A stretch of 63,591 bases of DNA. It comes from an uncultured Candidatus Bathyarchaeia archaeon (lineage in GTDB: Archaea > Thermoproteota > Bathyarchaeia > Bathyarchaeales > Bathyarchaeaceae). Made by a program: the position numbers and the translations under genes. Where the stretch lies: assembly GCA_964347995.1 (NCBI GenBank), contig CAYGBA010000002.1, positions 1 through 63,591 on the forward strand. The letters run 5' to 3'. This document shows, in pieces, positions 54,268-62,003 of the stretch. The notes below the pieces were generated by a model that was not told where the DNA came from, did no database searches, and saw nothing but the letters and a program-made list of their open reading frames with translations. How positions within the stretch are numbered: position 1 is the first letter of the stretch; every line of letters starts with the position of its first letter.

Positions 54268-55368
54268 ATGAAGATTGCACTTGTCATTGGGGCGAGGCCT
54301 CAGATCATCAAGTCGGCGCCGATAGTCCACGAGGCGTCTGGGGATGTTGAGGTAGAGTTTCAGCTGGTTCACACTGGGCAGCATTATGATTTTGAGATGT
54401 CGCGGATATTTTTTGGGGAGTTGGAGTTGCCCGATCCCGTGATTAACTTGGGCGTTGGGTCTGGATCTCATGCTTGGCAAACAGGTAAAATGATGATTGG
54501 ACTTGAGGGGGCCATTGAGAAACTAAGACCTGATGTTGTTTTGGTTCCTGGGGACACGAACTCTACGTTGGCTGGGGCGCTTGCGGCTGTGAAGCTTCAG
54601 GTGCCAGTGGCTCATGTGGAGGCTGGGGCGAGGAGCTATGATCTGAGGATGCCGGAGGAGGTTAATAGGCGGTTGACAGATCATTGCTCACGAATGTTGT
54701 TTGCGGCAACAGAGAATTGTGTGAAGAACCTGCTGAAAGAGGGGACAATCGAGGATCAGATACATCTTTCGGGCGATACTATGTATGATGCTTTATTGAG
54801 GCATAAGGCTGGGGCTCTCAGAAGTCGTATTTTGGAGGAACTTGGTTTAGCGGTGGGTGAATATGCGGTGCTTACGGTTCATAGACCTGAAAACGTGGAT
54901 GACCCTGAAGCTCTAAAGGCCATAATGGAGGCAATGATTGAGCTGAAGGAATTGCCAATAGTTTTTCCGGCTCACCCCAGGACTATGGAGAGATTGAAAG
55001 CCGCGGGTTTGTTAAGGAGAGTGAAAGAGGCCGAGCATGTGAGGCTTGTTGATCCTTTGGGGTATCATGAGATGCTTCGGTTGGTGAAGGACTCTAGGAT
55101 TGTCTTCACCGATTCTGGTGGATTACAGAAGGAAGCTTTCTGGCTTTCTACTATGTGCATCACTCTGAGAGAGAGGACAGAGTGGGTGGAGACTGTAGAG
55201 TTGGGCGCCAACATGCTTGTAGGGAATAACAAGAATATGATTGTTCGAAAAGTAAGAGAATGCCTTGCTACGGAGGGTTCAGAAACAAGGCTAGCAGGGT
55301 TGCCTAAGCTCTTTGGGGAAGGAGATGCTTCATCAAAAATCATCGAGGCGCTGAGAAAGATCTGCTAG
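54268..55368 (+). CDS. wecB: UDP-N-acetylglucosamine 2-epimerase (non-hydrolysing) family
   Basis: GARPQIIK, VPGDTNSTLAGALAA, AHVEAGARS and TDSGGLQKEAF motifs. Confidence 0.85.
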   Translation: MKIALVIGARPQIIKSAPIVHEASGDVEVEFQLVHTGQHYDFEMSRIFFGELELPDPVINLGVGSGSHAWQTGKMMIGLEGAIEKLRPDVVLVPGDTNSTLAGALAAVKLQVPVAHVEAGARSYDLRMPEEVNRRLTDHCSRMLFAATENCVKNLLKEGTIEDQIHLSGDTMYDALLRHKAGALRSRILEELGLAVGEYAVLTVHRPENVDDPEALKAIMEAMIELKELPIVFPAHPRTMERLKAAGLLRRVKEAEHVRLVDPLGYHEMLRLVKDSRIVFTDSGGLQKEAFWLSTMCITLRERTEWVETVELGANMLVGNNKNMIVRKVRECLATEGSETRLAGLPKLFGEGDASSKIIEALRKIC

Positions 55369-55539
55369 TCTTTCCTATGTAAACGCCTGAGGATCCAACT
55401 TGATAGCTCAAGCCTTCCTTGGCGATTTCTGCCACGCTGTCACCAAAACAGCAAATTGTGCCCGCGGTGTGGACGACGAATAGATATATTGTTACACCAT
55501 TTTATAAGAAACCAAGATCATCTCATGTAGTCTGCTGCC

Positions 55540-57081
55540 ATGGAACTGGTGAAAATGGAAGAAATAAAGGAGATGGATTCGGCGCGCCTTGCCAAGGGTT
55601 CTGCCTACCTCGTAACTCAAAGCGTTGCCACGACGATAATCGGCACGGCTGCGTTGGCTTTTTTTGCGAGGGCGCTGACACAGGCCGAGATTGGCGTTAC
55701 TGTAGCCTTGACGCTCACTTTGGAGATGGCTCAAGTGTTGGCTGATCTCGGATTCAGCAGTGGACTGACAAAATATGTGGCTGAATACAGAGGAAAAGAA
55801 GTGGACTACACGTTCATGTCATTCGGGGCGGTTTTGGTGAAAGTTCTTATATCTGGGTTTGCAGGCGCCTTGGTTGTTTTGACAGCTCCATGGTTGTCGG
55901 GATTTTTGCTAAGAAGCAAAGAATATGCCTTTTTGTTTCAGTTGCTTAGCATAAACCTCCTTGCGCTTTGCTTGAGTACTACGATAAATTATCTTCTCTT
56001 GGGGGTGAATAGGATACGGGAGATGGCGATTTTGAACATAATCATGGTTTTGGTAGGGAAGATGTCCGCCGTCGGCTTTCTGATATTAGGATTTGGGCTG
56101 GATGGGCTCGTCATTGGTTCGACTTTGGGCGGCCTAGCTCACGTTATTCCGGGCTTCTTGATTTTGATAAGAAACAAGTATGTTAGAATTCATCAAATTA
56201 GAGAGGTGATCCCCTACCTGAAGACGTTGGCAAGGTTTTCATGGCCGCTTTTTCTCACTAGCATTATTTTCCTCTTCTACAACTGGTTCGATCGGGCTTT
56301 TCTGCTTGCCTTTGTATCCTTGAGCGACGTTGCAGTTTATAGTGTGGCCATTAAAGCATTCAGTGTACTCTCTGTTGTCTCCTTAGCCTTGACCAATACT
56401 TTGTTTCCATATTACAGTGAAAAGTATGGAAAAGATGAACAGCAGAGAATTATTGAAGGTGTACGTGGGTCCTCTCGTTACATCGCACTGCTCTATACAC
56501 CACTTGCCTTGGGGCTGATGGCTACCGCAGGCTCAGTAATGAGACTTTTTGCTGGACCAGCATATGCTAGCGGTGACGTAGTTCTAGGCATCCTTTGCCT
56601 CTTTGGAGGAATCAACGGTCTGACGGCTTCTTTTGGGGGTTTGCTTCTCGTTTTTAACATGACACCGACTGTTCTATTGATAAATGTCGCCGCGATTGTC
56701 GGTAGTATGATGATGTCGCCGGTTTTGTTGCCTTTGCTTGGCGTTGTGGGTATGGCTATTATCAGAGGGGTTGCTATGATCGTAAGCCTTGTTTTGACGA
56801 TTTTTGTCCTACGCAAGCGTATTCCCATAAGATTTGATAACGGAGCAATTTGGAGAAGTTGGACTGCGGCCCTTGTTATGTTTGGGGTTGTATGGTTTGT
56901 AGGGCGTATACATTTTAGTTCGTATCTACTACCACTCTACATCGTTGTGGGGACCATCGTGTATGTAGTTGTCTTAAGACTTTTGAAAGCTGTGAATCAG
57001 AACGACATGAGACTTATCCGAAGTCTACTAGGAGAGAGAGCAACTGTAATAGTTAATATTATTGAAAAGGTTCTCATCTAA
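55540..57081 (+). CDS. oligosaccharide/polysaccharide flippase (MOP superfamily, Wzx-like)
   Basis: 513 aa with about 14 hydrophobic helices. The N-terminus AKGSAYLVTQSVATTIIG is typical of polysaccharide-biosynthesis flippases. Confidence 0.65.
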   Translation: MELVKMEEIKEMDSARLAKGSAYLVTQSVATTIIGTAALAFFARALTQAEIGVTVALTLTLEMAQVLADLGFSSGLTKYVAEYRGKEVDYTFMSFGAVLVKVLISGFAGALVVLTAPWLSGFLLRSKEYAFLFQLLSINLLALCLSTTINYLLLGVNRIREMAILNIIMVLVGKMSAVGFLILGFGLDGLVIGSTLGGLAHVIPGFLILIRNKYVRIHQIREVIPYLKTLARFSWPLFLTSIIFLFYNWFDRAFLLAFVSLSDVAVYSVAIKAFSVLSVVSLALTNTLFPYYSEKYGKDEQQRIIEGVRGSSRYIALLYTPLALGLMATAGSVMRLFAGPAYASGDVVLGILCLFGGINGLTASFGGLLLVFNMTPTVLLINVAAIVGSMMMSPVLLPLLGVVGMAIIRGVAMIVSLVLTIFVLRKRIPIRFDNGAIWRSWTAALVMFGVVWFVGRIHFSSYLLPLYIVVGTIVYVVVLRLLKAVNQNDMRLIRSLLGERATVIVNIIEKVLI

Positions 57082-57304
57082 TTGCAATCATAATTTTGTA
57101 TCTTGCAACGATCTTGCTGAAAATCCACGCATGCCCTTCGCGTGTATTCCAACTCTCTCTTGTTCAATCCTTACCGTATACTTGGAAAATCTGTCATTTC
57201 TGTTTTTCCAAGGGGCAGATACGCATCCAATTGCGTCATAAGAGAAGAAGTTCTCGACTCATATCAGAGCGATTAGTATATGAAGAGGGGTAAACCAAGT
57301 AGTT

Positions 57305-58198
57305 GTGAGGATGATGGGCAAAATTAGCTTGTTTGTGTCTGGTCTGAAGACGAAGATTAATTTTTTTTACCTTCTGGCTTTTGTTCCACTTGGGCTAATC
57401 GTGTATCACAAGTATGTTACTGAACATAGCATGCTTAGTGTGCTGATTCCTTTTTATGGGTTCCTTCTTCTTTTCTTTAAAAAAGACAGGCTCCTTCAGT
57501 TAAATGATGGTGGCAAAGTGCAGCGATTTGTAGGTCTTGTTGCTATATTGGTTAGTTTCTTCACTTATTATACGCTCGCGGGTTCTCCTGATCTTTATGG
57601 TGCGGGAGCCGCCTTTTACGCTGTCTATATTGTAGGGTTGTTTTTGGTTTTCTTTAGTATTCCAGCCTTGAGGGAGTCTCTTTCTATACTCTTTCTTGTT
57701 GTTGCTGGAGGTTTTAGTCCTTATATTGCTGAGTGGTTGACATACCAGATGGAACCGTTGGTGCCGTATTTTGTGCGCATCATGATGTTTGTTCTGGCGG
57801 TGCTGCGTATTCCTGCGACACTTCACAATCCTACCGTAATTGTGCTCAATACGTCAGAAGGACCCGTGTGGGTACCGTTTGAAGCTGGGTGCATAGGCTT
57901 CTACGGCTTCATGGTTTTTTCGATCATAATTGTGGTTACGATGATGGAGGAATCGGCAAGCCTGCGAACAAAGTTGTTGTGGTCCTTGGGAGGACTTGTA
58001 GGCGCGTTTGTTATAAATATCATTCGAGTCAGCCTGATATCTGCAGTTATCTACTATTTTGGATATAAGGACTGGGGAAGGATCCATGCTTGGATAGGAT
58101 ATGCGCTGTTTTTCCTGTGGTTGGGATTCTTCTTTGTAATATTTTCTAAAAGAGAAGCTATTCAAAGCAAGATTCGAGTGTTATGGCAGAAGCCTTGA
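57305..58198 (+). CDS. archaeosortase/exosortase-family transpeptidase
   Basis: Polytopic, with the ordered triad EAGCIGFYG (Cys), VINIIRVSL (Arg) and GRIHAWIGY (His), characteristic of the exosortase/archaeosortase family. Confidence 0.7.
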   Translation: MRMMGKISLFVSGLKTKINFFYLLAFVPLGLIVYHKYVTEHSMLSVLIPFYGFLLLFFKKDRLLQLNDGGKVQRFVGLVAILVSFFTYYTLAGSPDLYGAGAAFYAVYIVGLFLVFFSIPALRESLSILFLVVAGGFSPYIAEWLTYQMEPLVPYFVRIMMFVLAVLRIPATLHNPTVIVLNTSEGPVWVPFEAGCIGFYGFMVFSIIIVVTMMEESASLRTKLLWSLGGLVGAFVINIIRVSLISAVIYYFGYKDWGRIHAWIGYALFFLWLGFFFVIFSKREAIQSKIRVLWQKP

Positions 58199-58339
58199 TT
58201 CGAGTGGGTTCAAGCGTAGGTTCGTGTGTGGCGCAATGTTTATCATAGATCTAACAAAAGCTTAGTCAGAGATGCTGCGCACGCGTAAGAACCATACCTG
58301 TCGAGTGGAAACCTTGATAAGAGGTAAGCTGATACTCAG

Positions 58340-59413
58340 GTGATAAAAACGGATTCACAGTTTCATGGCTTTGCTAGACATAACCTCCATCATCATGGCC
58401 TAGTTTTAGGCCCTGGACCGAGTGGTTCTTGGGACGAGGGCGCGGCTTCGCTTGGGTGCGCATTTCTAGACCCAGATGATCCGGATAAGGTGTTTCTCTT
58501 TTACAGTGGTGTACCGGATAAACAATGGTCGCGTGGGGCCATTGGACTGGCGATCTCGAATGATGGTTTCAATTTTAGGAAGATCAGGGATAATCCTATC
58601 ATTGAAGGGTCTGATGATTTGTTTCATGCGAAGGAGGTAGTATTTCCAGCTGTGGTTAGGATAAATAACAGGTTTTTTATGGTGTTCACCTGTAGGGTTT
58701 CGCACAGATCTCCTCGACTTCTAGGTATAGCCTATGCTGATGATTTGAAAGGTCCATGGAAGGCTATACGTTGGTTGATAAAGCCTAGCGAACCGTGGGA
58801 AGGTAACAATATAGACAATGGGCCTGGATTGGCACGTCTGACTGAGGATACTTTTTTGGTTTATTATAGTAGCCTCTCGCAGAGAACAACCGTTAGACAA
58901 GTTTTGGCACAAAGCCTCCGCAGGCTCCATCTGCCTTTCCCATACTTCTATTTTACCAGAAGAATCGGTGTTTTGAAGGTAAGGATAAGAGGAACAACAA
59001 AATCAAAGATCGAAGCGCAAAGATACATAAATAATCCATTAGGACATTTGAATGGGGCAAGGGGGAATTGGAATGAATCCCTATTTTGCCCGGGCTACAT
59101 GGCATTCGAAAAGACACATTGCCTATTTCCCGCTGCATCGATATACTCAAGTTGTACCCCTAAGCAGTCTGTTGGCTTTGCATCAAGTACTGCACCATTC
59201 TTTCCAGAAAATGAAACTGGTATTCAAAGGCTATTCGACGGTTCGGCAGAGAAGAAACGAATAATGCAGGATTCAGTTGGTGAAATAGCCCTAGACACGC
59301 CCAGCCCAATTTTGAGAACTACGCGTGGCAATGACATTTTCCTATATTATGGAGTCATGGATAGGAAAGACGGTGTATGGAAAACAGGGTTATCAACATT
59401 CACCTTGGAATGA
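58340..59413 (+). CDS. five-bladed beta-propeller glycosidase/phosphorylase-like protein (GH43/GH130-clan-like)
   Basis: GSWDEGAASLGCAFLD...VFLFYSG...GAIGLAISNDGFNFRK...NPII...FPAVVRINNRFFMVFT resembles DUF377/GH130-type repeats. The family assignment is tentative. Confidence 0.45.
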   Translation: MIKTDSQFHGFARHNLHHHGLVLGPGPSGSWDEGAASLGCAFLDPDDPDKVFLFYSGVPDKQWSRGAIGLAISNDGFNFRKIRDNPIIEGSDDLFHAKEVVFPAVVRINNRFFMVFTCRVSHRSPRLLGIAYADDLKGPWKAIRWLIKPSEPWEGNNIDNGPGLARLTEDTFLVYYSSLSQRTTVRQVLAQSLRRLHLPFPYFYFTRRIGVLKVRIRGTTKSKIEAQRYINNPLGHLNGARGNWNESLFCPGYMAFEKTHCLFPAASIYSSCTPKQSVGFASSTAPFFPENETGIQRLFDGSAEKKRIMQDSVGEIALDTPSPILRTTRGNDIFLYYGVMDRKDGVWKTGLSTFTLE

Positions 59414-59468
59414 AGTAAGCAGATATAAGGTTGCATGGTGACTAGGGTCCGTCTAGAAGTGATGGTTC

Positions 59469-61769
59469 TTATCCATTGGTGGATGGTTTTCTGTAGTAGA
59501 AGATTGTGAGCTTTTCTTCGCCTTGGTAATCAAGGGTTTTGTAGGTTGGGAGTCCATTTTGTTTTGCTTGCGATTTTGTGTGGTTGTATTCGTCTGCGCC
59601 TAGTCGTGGTTTTTCTATGATGAAGTATGCTGTGGTGGCGTTGTTGGTTTTCATGGCTTCAATCATTGTCTCGTTTGTGGGGTTTTTCCTCATTTGGATG
59701 AAAAGTGTTACTCCATGAGGATCGGCATAGAAGAAGTAGTATGCACTTGGGTTTCTGACTCCGACAACAGCTCCCCCTGCAAAGACCATCCATTGGTCAC
59801 AGATTACAATATATCTTTCATTGGTAGTTTTGTCGATGTGTCTTGCCGCTTCTATCTCGTACGAAGTCGTTTGTAGGGGTGCCCAATGTGGGTAACCGTA
59901 GAGAAGGGAAGCTGTAGTCGACCCTGAAATCAAGATTAAGACCAGAACGTACGCAGCGATAGACTTTACATTCACATAGTTGGAGAGTCCACTAGAGGAT
60001 GGAAGCCTCAGTTTGCTCCAGAGTTTACCCAATATATTGGGCTTCGTTCCAAGCAAGAATGTGATGATCCCCCCAGCAGCTATTGCTATAAAGGGGACTG
60101 CGATGAAATCCCTGAAAAGCCAAAGTCTTTCTTCTCTAAAGGGAACATTTACCATGAAAAACCTCAAGATCCGGTAATCGATAAAGACCATCAAATATCC
60201 TAAAGAGAGGAATAGTATACTCGTATGAAATTTCTGATGTTGACTGTTTCTAGTGTTGCTTAACAGATATATCATGCAGACAAGTCCGACCAGAGGCACT
60301 ATGCCAAAAACCAGAGCTTTTCTAATGTCGAAATGCGCATATTCCCCGATTAGAAACAATCCTATTGTTTCTCCCATAGATAATCCATAGAGTTTGTCTA
60401 AACCAAAATAAGAGCGAATATGATGAAAGACCTGGTGATATCCCAGAGAGAGAGGCAGAAGGCTGATGGAAAAAATGAACGAAACCAGTAGCGAAATCCT
60501 TGCAGTTATTGGCGATGTGTCTTTTTCTTTCTTATATGTTTTGAGGATTATAGCCAGCAGAAGAAACGAGAAGGATATGATCCCAGTCAGGAAATGTGAT
60601 AAGAAGGAAATCAGAGAAAAAGCCACCATCAAGAATGTTGCGTTTGATTTGTTGGAGGAGATGTACTTCAAGAAGAAGAATAGTGAGTAGAAGAAGAATA
60701 TGTATCCTAGACTGTTTGGAACCGAGATGGTTCCCCAGTAGACGCAGAAGGGAGATGAGGAAACTAATAGGCTTGCGAGAACCGAAACGTTCTCATTCCC
60801 ACTTAGGGTCTTCGTAGCCGCGAATGCGGCTACGGGGACGAAGACTCCCCACAAGAGTGGGACAAGAAGTATATGACTCCAATACACGTCCACGCCGAAC
60901 ATTCGGGCAAGAATCACATTTAGAGCTGTTTGAAAATTGATTCCTCTAGACCATTGATACATCTGTAGTAAAATATTCTCCACGGGCCCTTTGGCTACCC
61001 CGTGAAGAGTGACGTTGTCGAATACGAGTCTAGTTACACTTAAACTCAGTTGTTGACCGCCTACATCTCCGGCAGGGAAAATGATAACAAAGAAACTGTG
61101 GGAAAGAATTGAATGGACAATGATGAAAAGCAACTTGTAGGTTACATTCTCAGAGGAAAAAAATATTCCAAGTAGCAATAGAGTGGTGGCAAAGAACGTA
61201 GGTATGAAGGCGGGGTGCATGACCTCCCATACGGTATGCACCTCACCTGCTCGTGACAAAAAGAGTATGTAAAATGAAAGAGCAACCATTGACAAGTATA
61301 GTATTCTAATCACATACAAGCGTGTGCCAATGCTTCTTTCATTGCGTGTAGACTGCTTCGGCTTCAGCTTCGACTCTGATTTCCCATGCTTTGCTTTCAA
61401 ATGTCTTGTGAGGGAAGTCAGGGTGGCTACAATACAGAGTACGATTGCTGATCTTATGATGTCAAGATTATAGATAATCATGACTAGCCAGCTAACCACG
61501 CCCAATAGGGCGATGAGTGATAGAGTTCCAAACGTTAGCCTCAAGAAGGGTTTCTCTTCCTCAAAGAGTGTGTGCGCTAAGAAGGTTCCGTTGATGAATA
61601 AGTAGATGATGGAGGCTATGCCTCCTACTAGTGGCAAATTGACGGTGCTCAGGTTTGTGAAGATGACCAAAATTGTTGCAAATGAGAGGATTGTAAATAG
61701 GAACTTCTTATCGGATATTATAATTGCTTCTAGCTCTGAGAACTGGAATCTGATGTTCAACTTTTTCAC
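59469..61769 (-). CDS. large polytopic membrane protein with C-terminal soluble domain (GT-C-like / DUF2206-like, tentative)
   Basis: 766 aa with more than 15 hydrophobic helices and a ~150-aa C-terminal hydrophilic domain. No WWDYG motif, so it is not a recognisable AglB. Confidence 0.45.
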   Translation of the reverse strand: MKKLNIRFQFSELEAIIISDKKFLFTILSFATILVIFTNLSTVNLPLVGGIASIIYLFINGTFLAHTLFEEEKPFLRLTFGTLSLIALLGVVSWLVMIIYNLDIIRSAIVLCIVATLTSLTRHLKAKHGKSESKLKPKQSTRNERSIGTRLYVIRILYLSMVALSFYILFLSRAGEVHTVWEVMHPAFIPTFFATTLLLLGIFFSSENVTYKLLFIIVHSILSHSFFVIIFPAGDVGGQQLSLSVTRLVFDNVTLHGVAKGPVENILLQMYQWSRGINFQTALNVILARMFGVDVYWSHILLVPLLWGVFVPVAAFAATKTLSGNENVSVLASLLVSSSPFCVYWGTISVPNSLGYIFFFYSLFFFLKYISSNKSNATFLMVAFSLISFLSHFLTGIISFSFLLLAIILKTYKKEKDTSPITARISLLVSFIFSISLLPLSLGYHQVFHHIRSYFGLDKLYGLSMGETIGLFLIGEYAHFDIRKALVFGIVPLVGLVCMIYLLSNTRNSQHQKFHTSILFLSLGYLMVFIDYRILRFFMVNVPFREERLWLFRDFIAVPFIAIAAGGIITFLLGTKPNILGKLWSKLRLPSSSGLSNYVNVKSIAAYVLVLILISGSTTASLLYGYPHWAPLQTTSYEIEAARHIDKTTNERYIVICDQWMVFAGGAVVGVRNPSAYYFFYADPHGVTLFIQMRKNPTNETMIEAMKTNNATTAYFIIEKPRLGADEYNHTKSQAKQNGLPTYKTLDYQGEEKLTIFYYRKPSTNG

Positions 61770-62003
61770 TGGATCGAAGGTGTTTTGTATTTTAACCTTG
61801 TGTGTGCGACGTTAACTGTCAAGATGCATATTAAAGGTTTTTATTACCGGATCTCAGAGCTCACATTCCATTTTGCCATTAGTGTGCAGTCGTATCAAAG
61901 ACGTAATCAAACATGCAGGAACTATAGTATACTTCTAGGGAAAAATTACTGAAAGTTTTTTCAATGCGTATTCCCTCTTTTTCTTAGAAAGCGAGTGAGA
62001 GAA

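Noticed and set aside
59469-61769. Calling the 766-aa membrane protein the oligosaccharyltransferase AglB
   Set aside because: I found no WWDYG motif or recognisable DK/MI motif in the C-terminal domain. It is left as an unassigned GT-C-like candidate.
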